Shown: piece by piece, positions 13,681 to 26,569 of the stretch
How the letters are laid out: the number at the start of each line of letters is the position of its first letter
How positions within the stretch are numbered: position 1 is the stretch's first letter
DNA from: Eledone cirrhosa
Taxonomy: Eukaryota
Direction of reading: 5' to 3'
Length of the DNA stretch: 64,000 bases
Assembly: GCA_964016885.1 (NCBI GenBank)
Contig: OZ024745.1
Coordinates: 122,574,001-122,638,000, forward strand
The notes under the pieces: model-generated
Database searches by the model: none
The model's input: the letters and a program-made list of their open reading frames with translations, nothing else
Told to the model about the DNA's origin: nothing
Position numbers and translations under genes: made by a program

Positions 13681-14442
13681 ATGAGAATAGATATCTGTTC
13701 TCCTCACCTCACACGTGATCTTCCTTTCCCACACCATAGACTTTCTCCCACCACCCTAGTCCTCTGCCTGCATACTTGGTCTCCCCCCAATTACGTTAGT
13801 CTTTCCCTCATTCCCATCCAACTCATGCCAAAATAAAAAGATGGACCAACCCCTATTTTCCTGCCAGGTGTTGAGTGTTCACTTTCTTTCTCTCCCTCTC
13901 TCTCCAAGATCTCCCACAAAACTTAACATATCTGTCTCCCCTACTCACACTACAAAAGTTATCCTCATGCCAACATGGAAAGCTAGGAGCTTACCACAAT
14001 ACAGCCAGATGTAATTCATTTTCCTTAAGGCCACTCCATCCTCCATCAGCAAACAGCAGGTATCCTACACACCACTCTCATCCCCACTCTATAACTGCCC
14101 TCCTAGCCAGGCGGAAGACACACAGGCCCTACTCTCATTTACCCACTCTATAGCTGTCCTCTTAGCCCAGCTGAGGACACAAGTGGCCTAGTGTTGAAAT
14201 GTGGTTCCACAGTAAAAGGTGCTCAGTCCACACTCGAAAGTGAAAGTGCTGGTGTCAAGAAAAAAGCACTCCGTTAACCCTGTCAGTGAGAGGAATTTGC
14301 ATCACAAGAAAATGAATCAAGTACATGGTGTGAAGTGGCTGGCATTAGGGAGGGCATTTAGCAATAGAAGCCTTACTAGAAGGGAATATATGAGCAAGAC
14401 ACAGCCATCTAACCTGTCTGGCCTCAGAACGTGACAACCTGT

Positions 14443-15120
14443 TTAACCCTTTAGCATTTACATAACTCTATATTTATATATTTACTATTATATTTTCATG
14501 GTAAAGGCTTTACCTCACATAATATCTAATCTATGAGATTTTGATATTATTTATTTTGAGAACAATACCTTAACATTAGTATGAGCGGCTAGTTACAGCC
14601 GGTTTCAACATAGAGAAATGAGAGAAATCTGGCCAGATATGGCCAGTTTAAATGTTAAAGGGTTAACATGTGTTTAACCCATGCAAGCATGGAAATTAGA
14701 TTTAAAACTGATGATGATGTTGATACACACACACATACAATATTCTAGAATTTTTAGTTAAATCTTGAGATAAGAATCAACTTGTTTCTGTTATGAAAAC
14801 AGTACAGAGATGAAGCAGTTTGTTTGATGTGGCCTGGCATATGAATACTGAGTGACACCATAGAAACATAGTAAGCTGTCACACATGTTTGTTTAACCCT
14901 TTAGCATTTAAACCAGCCATATCTGGCCAGAACTCTCTCACCTCTTTCTGTTCAAACCGGCTGTAACTGGCCACTCATACTTACGTTAAGGTATTGTTCT
15001 GAAAATAAATGACATCAAAATCTTGTAGATTCGATATTATGTGAGATATTATGGGAGGTAAAGCCTTTACCATGAAAATGCAATAGTATATATAGAGTAA
15101 TGGAAATAGTAAAGGGTTAA
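14443..15120. mobile_element. Two inverted copies of a ~230-bp TTAA/piggyBac-type MITE (about 14 copies in the window)
   Basis: TTAACCCTTTAGCATTTA...TAAATGCTAAAGGGTTAA termini and shared core GGTATTGTTCTCAAAATAAATAATATCAAAATCTCATAGATT. Other copies at ~2958, 4292, 6187, 10004, 11845, 13056, 21182, 30707, 31208, 34239, 61664, 63290. Confidence 0.85.
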
Positions 15121-15267
15121 TTCATCATCATCGCATCACATGTGTTGCTGGTGGTAGGGAGACCAAGGGAAGGGTATTGAGAAGAGAGATATAAGCAAAA
15201 TAAAATGGCATTCACGATAAGTGTGTGTGTGGGGGGGGGGGGAGCCTGCAGGCCTCGACTGTGGAGA

Positions 15268-15560
15268 TGGCAAGTGCCCTGACTGAATTAACCTCTTCCC
15301 ATTCAAAGGAGATAGATCCCTCATCTGTGGTACCACATGTGACATATTCTCTGCCTCCAGCTTAGTTGCTTTGCCCACAAACCCTGGTACTGTAGCCTGC
15401 AATACAGGAAGACAAATACCAGAAATGTTTTTGCAGTTTTGTCCACGGGTCGCAGCCCCAACAGAGCTGCCCCCTAGGCCCAAAGCCCATCACCCACTCC
15501 CCCCTCCTTCTCTTCTGTGGCCCTAGAGTCCTTGCTTTTCCTCTCATTTATGGCTTTTGT
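15268..15560 (+). mobile_element. CRE-clade non-LTR retrotransposon 3' fragment (restriction-like endonuclease)
   Basis: Translates KCPD*INLFPFKGDRSLIC..TCDIF, resembling the KRPDG.TL.P...G..L.WD.T PD-(D/E)xK motif. Shares its 3' end (GTCCTTGCT..TCTCATTTAT) with 30200-30500. Confidence 0.65.
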
Positions 15561-16070
15561 AGGTATAGCAAGAACGAGGTGGATAAAGTTCAGGGAGTTA
15601 CTATTGCTGTTGATAACAAAAGGTTTTCTCCCCAAAATGAAGGGCAGATTGTATGATGCATGTATACGATCAGGAATGTTGCATTGTAGTGAGACCTGGG
15701 CACTGAGTGCAGAGGACCTGCGAAGATTGGAAAGAATGAAGCTTCCATGCTTCAATAGATGTGTAATAGTGATATACATGAACAGAAAAGTATAAATAAA
15801 CCGAGAGATAAACTGGGCATTAGAGGGATTATATACAGTGTGCAGGAGAGGAGATTGTAGCAGTACGGACATGTGATGTGCATGATGAATGACAGCTGTA
15901 TAAAAAGGTGCACAGTGCTCAAAATTGATGGTAGCTATGGAGGAGGAAGGCTTAGGAAGGCTCGGGATGAGGTGATAAAAACTGACCTCACAGAATTGCT
16001 CCTCTCAAAGATGTTTGACAAAGATGTTGACAACATGGTCTCTAGCGTTATGCAGGGCTGCAGAAGACCC
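15560..16070 (+). mobile_element. RTE-clade LINE 3' fragment
   Basis: KGRLYDACIRSGMLHCSETWAL...; related fragments at 4730-5010, 9600-9960, 28500-29020. Confidence 0.8.
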
Positions 16071-16729
16071 ACCTTCCAATGTGCACATATTGAAGCATAC
16101 ATATAGTGGTCTATAGTATACACCACTCCCCTCCCTCTTCCATACTCCTCCCATGCCCTAACGCTCCACTCTTCACCAATGTTCTAACATTCCACCCTTC
16201 ACTTGCATCCTAACACTCCACCCATGTCCTAACACTCCACCTTTCAAAAGCTAAGTTCCGCACCCTAGACCTACCTCTCCAATCCCCACCCTACATATGC
16301 CTCCTCCACATCAGCCCCCAGTCCACACTGAAAAGTGATCATTTTGGTGGGAAGACAAAAAGTGTTAGGAACACGGCAAAAAGTGCCCAGTCGACACTGT
16401 ACATGTGGTTGGCATTAGGAAGGGCATCCAGCCGTAGAAACAAAGCCAGTTTAAAGTGTAAGCAAAGAATTTCTGCTGTCACCCTATACGGGATCTTCTG
16501 AAACTGAGATTAATCAATCTGTAGACACGGAAGTAAATATTAAAAAAACCATTATGACTAAAAGAAAATAGGAAGACATAATGGTGGCACGTAATTACGT
16601 GAATGGGGTGAAATTACATAATGGGGTGAAATTACGTCATTTTGTGGAGTGAGAAGAACAATTTCTTCCTATGAAAAAATCAGGAGACTAATATTCTTTT
16701 AGAATAGCAGAATGATTTCCAGCTATATA

Positions 16730-16925
16730 TATATATGAAAAATTCGGGACTCCGATGGCTGAGCTCCTGCCATTTTAACAGCTAGATCCAAACAGTTCAG
16801 ATCTAACTGTTGAATCGGCAGGAGCTCAGTTATCGGGGTCCCGAATTTTTCATATTACCAACTCTACTACACCTAGTATCGAGTACGCTGGCTGGTCTTT
16901 ACTGTATCCATTCTGAATTATACAC
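16730..16925 (+). mobile_element. (TA)n-embedded branched-palindrome element, CpG-decayed copy
   Basis: ATATGAAAAATTCGGGAC...GTCCCGAATTTTCATAT palindrome plus tail TTACCAACTCTACTAC..AGTATCGAGTAC. Confidence 0.8.
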
Positions 16926-16939
16926 GTATATATATATGA

Positions 16940-17280
16940 GGAGGCACATGGCTTAGTGGTTAGAGCATTGGCCTTGCAATCAAAAGGTTGTGAGTTCAAT
17001 TCTCGGACTGAGTGATGTGTTGTTTCCTTGAGCAAGACACTTTATTTCACATTGCTCCAGTTTACTCAGCTGTAGAAATGAGATGATAGGGACTGTGGTC
17101 CCTATCATTCCACTGCAAAGTGGTCGTGGAGGTGCCAAGGCAAAAAAGCACCCAGCACTCACTGTAAATGAGGTTGGTGTTAGGAAGGGCATCCAGCTGT
17201 AGAAATCAAGCCAGAACCAGTTCCTGTCCCACCCTTGCAAGCAGGGAAAAGCGGATGTAAAATGATGATGATGATGATGA
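16940..17280 (+). mobile_element. tRNA-derived CORE-type SINE (family B) with family-C tail; also 24754-25025(+), 11597-11810(-), 10430-10687(-)
   Basis: TGGCTTAGTGG A box, GAGTTCAATTC B box, GTGTTGTTTCCTTGAGCAAGACACTTTATTTCAC CORE-like block. Confidence 0.8.
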
Positions 17281-17671
17281 TGATAATATATATATATATA
17301 TATGCTAGCATGGAAAAATGGATGTTAAATGGTGATGACGATATATATACATATATACATACAAGCATATATATATATCATCATCATCATCATCAGCATT
17401 TTACAAGACACACACACGCACACATATATATATATAGATAAATATACACGGGTGTGTATGATTGTGTATAGAAGATTATATTAATAAAAGGAATTCCAAC
17501 TTTGTCTGATTTACTCGTTTTATTTACAATCCTTAAAAATGTATAATGGTATTAGAATGAAATAGTATGGTAGAATATTAAATGCTAAGTGTTAATTGAA
17601 CAAGTACTTTCATGCTTTCGCAATCTTCAGGTTCATATTCTGTGGTGACAGTCAAGTTTGGAATTTTCAAC

Positions 17672-17714
<43 letters not shown>

Positions 17715-18039
17715 CACTCATTACATCCGGTAAGGTGGGAGGTATTAGGAAAGTATCCAGCTGCAGAATCTAAGCCAAATATGGAATGTAATGAGCAAAA
17801 CAGGTTGCTGTGACCTATATGGTCACACACTAGGAGAACTCATCTAGCTCATACTAGTGAGGAAAGCAAATGTAAAATGATGACGATATACCCACCCATG
17901 CATAAATATACACATATATATCATCATCATCACCATTTATATGTTTTCTACGCTTGCAAGGGTTTGATAGGTTGTCAAGTTCTGAGGCTAGACAGGCAAA
18001 CCAGATAACTATATATATATATAGTCCTCCTGTTGATGA

Positions 18040-18105
18040 TGATGATATATAAATATGATGATGTATATATGTGTGTACATATATATATATATATATGTGT
18101 GTGTG

Positions 18106-18159
<54 letters not shown>

Positions 18160-18374
18160 TGCATACAAATATATATATGTTTGTATATATGTATGTGTAT
18201 ATATATATATATATATAATGAAAAATTGAACGGGAACAAAACAGAGAGGCAGTACAAACAAATGTTTATTAATTTCACGCTCTTGAGAGTGGGGTGGTGA
18301 TATATATGTGTGTGTGTGTGTGTATATGTGTATACAAATATATATATATGTGTTTGTATATATGTATGTGTGTG

Positions 18375-18413
<39 letters not shown>

Positions 18414-18449
18414 ATATATGTGTATACAAATATATGTGTTTGTATATAT

Positions 18450-18537
<88 letters not shown>

Positions 18538-18740
18538 GTTTGTATATATGTATGTGTGTGTATATATATATATATATATATGTGCGTGTGTGTGTGTGTG
18601 TATATATGTGTATACAAATATATATATGTGTTTGTATATATGTATGTGTGTATATATATGTGTGTGTGTGTATATATATGTGTATACAAATATATATGTG
18701 TTTGTATATATGTATGTGTGTATATATATATATATATTTT
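18040..18740. repeat. Compound (TA)n/(TG)n microsatellite with higher-order units
   Basis: Direct reading; similar tracts at 29760-30000, 46430-46860, 56314-56830. Confidence 0.95.
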
Positions 18741-20178
18741 TTTTTTTCATTTTTATTAAAGCTAAAAAGTGAGTCTTGTTACTCTGGAGATTCGCCTGTT
18801 TATCGCAGTGTGATAAACAGGCGAATATATCATCATCATCATCATCATCATCATCGTTGTCGTTTAACGTCCATCTTCCACGTTAGCATGGGTTTAGACG
18901 GGAATTGTCCCACTTGAGGCAAGGTTGGTCGGGTGACCGTGTCTCGGTCATATAGGACTGTCTGGCAGGTTTTCTACGGCTGGGTGCCCTTCCCAACACC
19001 AACCACATTTACAGTGTGGACTGGGAGGTTTTTACCGTGTTACCTACACGGCCACATTACAGCGTGGACTGGGTGTTTTTTTTGTCGTGACACCTACACA
19101 ACCTCATGTGGTACCAACATAACTTTACAGAGAAAGGGGTGCTGTTGGTGGGAGTGGGGGTGGAGTAGGGGTAGTGGGATGGGAGTGGGGGTGGAGTTGG
19201 GGTAGTGGGATGGGGGTGTATATTTGATTAAGAGGTGCCTACTGTAGGTTTCGCTATGTACATAGGCAAGGCGGGTCTTGGCGTAGCGCCAAAGATCATC
19301 CAGTACTCACTGTAAACGGGGTTTGTGTTAGAAAGGGCTCCAGCTGTAGAAACCACGCCAGAATCAGTTCTGTATGAGCAAGTCATAGTCACCTGACCTG
19401 GCATTGCCCACAACAGGACACCTTGTCTAACCCATGCTTGCATGGAAGAATGGGGGTAAAACAGATGATGATGATGATGATGAATAGAAAACTGAAATGA
19501 ATATTGCAAAGCTTTCTACACTCGATGTTCTAATGACTCTGCCAATTCACCACCGTAATATATATATCATCATCCTCATTATCATTACCGTTTCACATCT
19601 GTCTTCCATATTTGCATGGCTTAGATGAGTTGTGACATTCAGAGGCTTGACTGGTCAGTTGACAACACGTTTTGTCTTTGGCATGGTAATTGCTGGCCTT
19701 GTGCCAAAAATAGAAACAATTATTTTGTTTATAAAGTACCGTATTTCCTGGCGCCGAAGAGGCTTTGTCCTCGAGGATGCACCCTAATTTTGACAACCAA
19801 AAATTTGGAAAAAAATAATAAACAACCTTCAGCTTCCAGGATACATGGTAGATTTTTGAGACTTATTTCAGTGTGTATTAATCACATTTAATTGTGGTAC
19901 CAGTACAATCACTTTGCAGGGTGGACTGGGTACTTCTTATTGTAGCTCCAGCACTATCGCTTCACAGAGTGTGCTGGAAGTGTTTTATCATTGGCACCAT
20001 ACTATCTTTACAGAATAGGCTGGGTGTATTTTATCACTAATAAAACCCCATTGCCATACAGGTTATATTTCAAACACATTCATATAAATTCAATGCAAAC
20101 AAATTCTTGACAAATGAGAAATGCAAGTGATGAAGATGAGAATTTCAGAGTTGTGTGTATTCTCCTGATAAATATCAT

Positions 20179-20350
20179 TACCGTATTTCCCAGCGTCGAA
20201 GACGCTACTTTTTTCCTAAAATAAGTCTCAAAAATCTACCATACATCCTGGAAGCCAAAGGTTGTTTATTATTTTTTTCCAAATATTTGGTTGTCAAAAT
20301 TAGGGTGCATCCTCGAGGAAAAAGCCTCTTCGGCGCCAGGAAATACGGTA
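20179..20350. mobile_element. Tc1/pogo-type MITE (TA TSD)
   Basis: TA-CCGTATTTCC...GGAAATACGG-TA. Confidence 0.75.
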
Positions 20351-21753
20351 CTTTATAAACAAAATAATTGTTTCTATTTTTGGCACAAAGCCAGCAATTA
20401 CCCTGTGTATTACTGGTACTTTATTTTATCGACCCCATAAGGATGAAAGGCAAAGTTAACCTTGGCGGGATTTGAACTCAGAATGGCAAGGGCTATAACT
20501 CTATGCGTCAAAGCATGGCGTCCGACCCTCTACCAATGGTTTCTGATTTAGGCACAAGGCCAACATTTTTTGGTGAAGGGAAAATCAATTAAATCAACCC
20601 TAGTGAATTACTGGTACTTTATTTTATCAACTTCACAAGGATGAAAGGCAAAGCTAACCTCAGCCGGATGTGAAATCAGAACACGAAGGGCCGTAACTCT
20701 ATGTCGCGAGGGCATGGTGTCTGACGCTTTACCAATACTGCCAATCCAACACCATTATAAACAAAATAACACTGTTCCAACAGAGCAAGCAGCCGGGCAG
20801 CTATGTTCTAAATCTGACAAAGTCAGTAGTAATATTGGTTTCTTATATAGGCACTAGGCCAGCAATTTTGGGGGAGGGGAAAGTCGATTAAATCGACCCC
20901 AGTGCGTGACTGGTACTTTATTTTATCGACCCCATAAGTTAACCTCGGTGGGATTTGAACTCAAAAGTCAGTAGTAATATTAACAATGATTATGATGATT
21001 ATGATGATATCTAATACAACAACGTTTACAATAGGTACACTGTCACTCTGCATGTCATAACAGGTGACTAAATAGGTTGGTACCAGGAAGTGCATCCAGC
21101 TAAAAAGGACTCCATGATGTGTATGAAGCTTATTCAGAGTCTGCCAAACCTAACCCCTACTATAAAAGGGAGAAAATGGCCTTAATTCTTTAGCATTTAC
21201 ATTACTTATTATTTACTATTGTATTCTCATGATAAAGGCTTTACCTCACATAATTATCTCACATAATATCAAATCTATGAGATTTTGATATTATTTATTT
21301 TGATAACAATACCTTAACATCAGTATGAGTGGCCGGTTACAGTCGATTTTAATGGAAAGAAGTGAGAGAATTCTGACCAAATATGGCTGGTTTAAATGCT
21401 AAAGGGTTAAAACAGTTGTTGTTGCTAATAGTAGTGGTGGAGATGATGATGGCAACGATGATGACATTGATGATATTAAAGATAATAGTGAAATATAAAT
21501 AGATAACTCTATTACACTATGACGTGTTCCAGCCGAAAGGCTGAGGCCATGCTGGGGCACTGCCATAACATCAACAAACATTTCAATTTACACCACTGAA
21601 AATACAGGTAGCTAACAAAGAATGCGTACATCATGGCTGGCGATGTGTTTTTGTTGTTATTGGTTTGATTCCACACTGCTTCCCCCCTCCTCCTCCCCCC
21701 ACATATCGCTTTTTGATGACTAATCATCAGTCTGGACAACATATCAACATATT

Positions 21754-22226
21754 GATGGTGGTGGCGGTGCTGGTGGTGGTGGTGGTGGTGGTGTTGGTGG
21801 AAGTGGTGGCGGTGGTGGTAGTGGTGGTGATGGTAGTGGTGGTGTTGGTGGAAGTGGTGCGGTGGTGGTAGTGGTGGTGGTGGTAGTGGTGGTGGTGGTA
21901 GTGGTGGTGGTGGTGGTGGCAGTGGTAGTAGTGGTGGTGGTGCTGGCAGTGGTGGTAGTGGTGGTGGTGGTGGCTGTGGTGGTAGTGGTGGTGGTGGTAG
22001 TGGTGGTGTTGGTGGAAGTGGTGCAGTGGTGGTAGTGGTGGTAGTGGTAGTGGTGGTGGTGGTAGTGGTGGTGGTGGTGGTGGCAGTGGTAGTAGTGGTG
22101 GTGGTGCTGGCAGTGGTGGTAGTGGTGGTGGTGGTGGTGGTCGTGGTGCTGGCAGTGGTGGTAGTGGTGGTAGTGGTAGTGGTGGTGGTAGTGGTGGTGG
22201 TGGTAGTGGTGGTGGTAGTGGTGGTG
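21754..22226. repeat. (GGT/AGT)n imperfect trinucleotide tract; similar at 24363-24582 and 47229-48370
   Basis: Direct reading. Confidence 0.95.
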
Positions 22227-22312
22227 CAGGAAGGGTGTTCTACCTTCATGGCCAGTCATAGGAATAAAGGTGGATGGATCACCAAAAGTAAACAGGGAAA
22301 AAAAAATACGTT

Positions 22313-24293
22313 AACAGTAGCAGTAGTATTAGTAGCAGTAGCTTTAGTAGCAGTAGCAGTAGTATTAGTAGCAGTAGCTTTAGTAGCAGTAGTAGCAGTA
22401 GCTTTAGTAGCAGTAGCAGTAGTATTAGTAGCAGTAGCTTTAGTAGCAGTAGTAGCAGTAGCTTTAGTAGCAGTAGCAGTAGTATTAGTAGCAGTAGCTT
22501 TAGTAGCAGTAGTAGCAGTAGCTTTAGTAGCAGTAACAGTAGTATTAGTAGCAGTAACAGTAGTATTAGTAACAGTAGCTTTAGTAGCAGTAGTAGCAGT
22601 AGCAGTAGTAGCAGTAGCTTTAGTAGCAGTAACAGTAGTATTAGTAACAGTAGCTTTAGTAGCAGTAACAGTAGTATTAGTAGCAGTAGCTTTAGTAGCA
22701 GTAACAGTAGTATTAGTAACAGTAGCTTTAGTAGCAGTAACAGCAGTATTAGTAACAGTAGCTTTAGTAGCAGTAGTAGCAGTAGCAGTAGTAGCAGTAG
22801 CTCTAGTAGCAGTAACAGTAGTATTAGTAGCAGTAGCTTTAGTAGCAGTAACAGTAGTATTAGTAACAGTAGCTTTAGTAGCAGTAACAGCAGTATTAGT
22901 AGCAGTAGCTCTAGTAGCAGTAACAGTAGTATTAGTAGCAGTAGCTTTAGTAGCAGTAACAGCAGTATTAGTAGCAGTAGCTCTAGTAGCAGTAACAGTA
23001 GTATTAGTAGCAGTAGCTTTAGTAGCAGTAACAGCAGTATTAGTAGCAGTAGCTCTAGTAGCAGTAACAGTAGTATTAGTAGCAGTAGCTTTAGTAGCAG
23101 TAACAGCAGTATTAGTAGCAGTAGCTCTAGTAGCAGTAACAGTAGTATTAGTAGCAGTAGCTTTAGTAGCAGTAACAGCAGTATTAGTAGCAGTAGCTCT
23201 AGTAGCAGTAACAGTAGTATTAGTAGCAGTAGCTTTAGTAGCAGTAACAGCAGTATTAGTAGCAGTAGCTCTAGTAGCAGTAACAGTAGTATTAGTAGCA
23301 GTAGCTTTAGTAGCAGTAACAGCAGTATTAGTAGCAGTAGCTCTAGTAGCAGTAACAGTAGTATTAGTAACAGTAGCTTTAGTAGCAGTAACAGCAGTAT
23401 TAGTAGCAGTAGCTCTAGTAGCAGTAACAGTAGTATTAGTAGCAGTAGCTTTAGTAGCAGTAGCAGTAGCTTTAGTAGTAGTAACAGCAGTATTAGTAGC
23501 AGTAGCTTTAGTAGCAGTAACAGTAGTATTAGTAGCAGTAGCTTTAGTAGCAGTAACAGTAGTATTAGTAGCAGTAGCTTTAGTAGCAGTAACAGTAGTA
23601 TTAGTAGCAGTAGCTTTAGTAGCAGTAGCAGTAGCTTTAGTAGCAGTAACAGCAGTATTAGTAGCAGTAGCTTTAGTAGCAGTAGCTTTAGTAGCAGTAA
23701 CAGTAGTATTAGTAGCAGTAGCTTTAGTAGCAGTAACAGTAGTATTAGTAGCAGTAGCTTTAGTAGCAGTAACAGTAGTATTAGTAGCAGTAGCTTTAGT
23801 AGCAGTAACAGTAGTATTAGTAGCAGTAGCTCTAGTAGCAGTAACAGTAGTATTAGTAACAGTAGCTTTAGTAGCAGTAACAGTAGTATTAGTAGCAGTA
23901 GCTTTAGTAGCAGTAACAGTAGTATTAGTAGCAGTAGCTTTAGTAGCAGTAGCAGTAGCTTTAGTAGCAGTAACAGCAGTATTAGTAGCAGTAGCTTTAG
24001 CAGCAGTAACAGCAGTATTAGTAGCAGTAGCTTTAGCAGCAGTAACAGCAGTGTTAGTAGCAGTAGCTTTAGCAGCAGTAACAGCAGTGTTAGTAGCAGT
24101 AGCTTTAGCAGCAGTAACAGCAGTGGTAGTAGCAGTAGCAGTAGCTTTAGTAGCAGTAACAGCAGTGTTAGTAGCAGTAACAGCAGTGTTAGTAGCAGTA
24201 GCTTTAGTAGCAGTAGCAGTAGCTTTAGTAGCAGTAACAGCAGTGTTAGTAGCAGTAACAGCAGTGTTAGTAGCAGTAGCTTTAGTAGCAGTA
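22313..24293. repeat. ~2-kb trinucleotide-derived minisatellite, 36-bp unit with a 72-bp higher-order period
   Basis: Unit GTAGTATTAGTAGCAGTAGCTTTAGTAGCAGTAACA; alternating TTA/CTA and GTA/GCA variants in the central block. Confidence 0.9.
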
Positions 24294-24504
24294 TCAACAA
24301 CAAAAACAACAGCTATTGAGGTGTGACTATGCCTGGCACTATAGTTCTGTTCCTTAATGCTCAGTGGCAGCAGTGGCAGCTGTAGTAGTAGTGGTGGTGG
24401 TGGTGGTAGTAGTGGTAGTAGTAGTAGTGATGGTGGTAGTAGTAGTAGTAGTAGTGGCGGTAGTAATGGTAGTGGTGGTGGTGGTAGTGGTAGTAGTAGT
24501 GATG

Positions 24505-24563
<59 letters not shown>

Positions 24564-25419
24564 GGTAGTGGTAGTAGTAGTAGGAGGCGGAGTGTGGAAG
24601 TAGTAACACTAGCTGGCCAAACAGCACCAAACAGCACCAACAATAATAATACAGCATGTGTTTGTATATTTATTTACATGTAGCTCCATCTGAAACTCTT
24701 ACAAATTTACACACACCTAAGACAACAACTGGAAAGTTTGATTTATATATATAGAGGCACATGGCTTAGTGGTTAGAGCATTGGCCTTGCAATCGAAAGG
24801 TTGTGAGTTCAATTCTCAGACCGGGTGATGTGTTGTTTCCTTGAGAAAGACACTTTATTTCACATTGCTCCAGTTTACTCAACTGTAGAAATGAGATGAT
24901 AGGGACTGGAGTCCCTATCAATCCACTGCAAAGTGGTCGTGGAGGTGCCACGGCAAAATAGCACCCAGCACTCACTGTAAATGAGGTTGGTGTTAGGAAG
25001 GGCATCCAGCTGTAGAAATCAAGCCATGTGCCTGCACACACACACACACACACATACATACATACTCACATATATATATAAAGAGCAATATGTATTTTTT
25101 GTGGGGGCCGAGGGGCAGTACACACTCTAGCTACATCACTGCTTCCAAATGAATGTAATCAACATAAACTACAGGGAAATGTCCAAGTTTGTATGATTGT
25201 TCATATGTCCACTAATCCATGTATATAAAACACATCAATCCTGGACCTGTACAACAGTTAATACATTCAACACTATTACCATTATCATTGACAGGTTCAT
25301 TAGGATTCTTGAGCTGTATTGCCTTTGATCGTTATTTAAACCCTTGTGGTTAATAAAGAAATTATTATCAATATTTTGGTGGAGAGAGAATAGTCATATA
25401 TATATATGAGACAACAGAG

Positions 25420-25510
25420 GTACAAAGTCTTATTAGTTTCACGCTTTATATTGGAAAGAGGAAAGAAAGTTTGACATGTCGGGCCTAGGCCCTTCTTCAG
25501 GAGTACAAAT
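25420..25510 (-). ncRNA. Degenerate hammerhead ribozyme motif in a Penelope-like terminal repeat
   Basis: Minus: CTGAAGA-A-GGGC-CTAG-GCCC-GA(aa missing)CATGTC, followed by the AGCGTGAAACTAATAA..TTGTAC tail also seen at ~18250, 32095 and 56115. Confidence 0.5.
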
Positions 25511-25799
25511 AGAGACAGGATCACAATGGAGAAACAGAAAAAAGGTCCAGTAAAGACACAAGAAAATCGAAATATATATATATTAGAGAGCTAGGGCCCA
25601 ATGGCTGAACTCTTGCTATTTCGACAACAACTTCCTACTTTCTACTATATTTACACTCTACTATCCCAAGTATCAAGTACTCAGCTGAACTCTGTCTTAC
25701 TAATTGAAACTGTAAAATCCTGATATGTATATATACATATATATGATGATGGCTGAAACTCGATTTCGAGTAATGACATCACTTGATACTTAAGCATGA

Positions 25800-26100
25800 G
25801 TATCACAGATGTGGCTTCCTAGTCTTGCTAGGGACTTGCCTATGGCCAGCAATGCCATGCATCGTAAAAAAATGTCACATATTAAGCGCAGCAAGAAAGA
25901 AATAGCAGGTGATGTGTTGTTATGGAGTCCATCTCATGGAGCAAGAAACGTTGGTCGTCCCAAGAAGACATACGTCAAGCAACTTGAGGACGATACTGGA
26001 TGCACTGCGGAAGAACTGGCAAACGCTATGAGAGACAGAGATGGATGGAGGAAACGTGTCGTAGAAAGCCGAGCAAGCTCGACCTGATGATGATGATGAT
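25800..26100 (+). mobile_element. RTE-clade LINE 3' end with (TGA)n tail
   Basis: VLLWSPSHGARNVGRPKKTYVKQLEDDTG...MRDRDGWRKRV. Confidence 0.85.
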
Positions 26101-26569
26101 GATATATATTTTTGAATATATATACTTATTAAAGCTATTTTTATATACAGTCGATCGACTTTCGTCAAATCAGTCTGAGGAAACAATGTTTCCATTGGTT
26201 TTTTTCCAATTACTAATACTATCTATCGATCGCAACTCCAGGAAGAAAGAGAAACGTGAAATAAAGTGTCTTGCTCAAGGACATAACACATCACCCGGTC
26301 CGGGAATCGAACTCACAACGTCACGATTGAGAATCCAATTCTCTAACTATACATATATACATACATATTAAAGCTGTTTTTAATATGTACGAGGGCAATC
26401 CCAAAAGTAAGGTCTCCTTCCGATATTGCAACTTTTCTGTTAAAATCCTGTGGATGATGCTTCGGGAAACCTCAGGAACACATCCAATATTCGCGGTTTT
26501 TCACTCTTCACAGGTGCTCTATCAACGTAACCTCTGAGAATACCGAGGGACAACTGTATACATATGTTT

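Noticed and set aside
16940-17015. tRNA gene-like sequence (also at 24754)
   Set aside because: Runs directly into a CORE-like body and tail, so it is a SINE head.
17854-18917. Long ORFs of IY/HT/CV dipeptides (also at 29730, 46369, 56185 and the poly-V/T/H ORFs at 21512-22259)
   Set aside because: Translations of dinucleotide and trinucleotide microsatellites.
26145-26190. Minus GAAA-GTCGATCGAC-TG palindromic stem-III-like motif
   Set aside because: No intact CUGANGA and G at the cleavage position; too degenerate to call a ribozyme.
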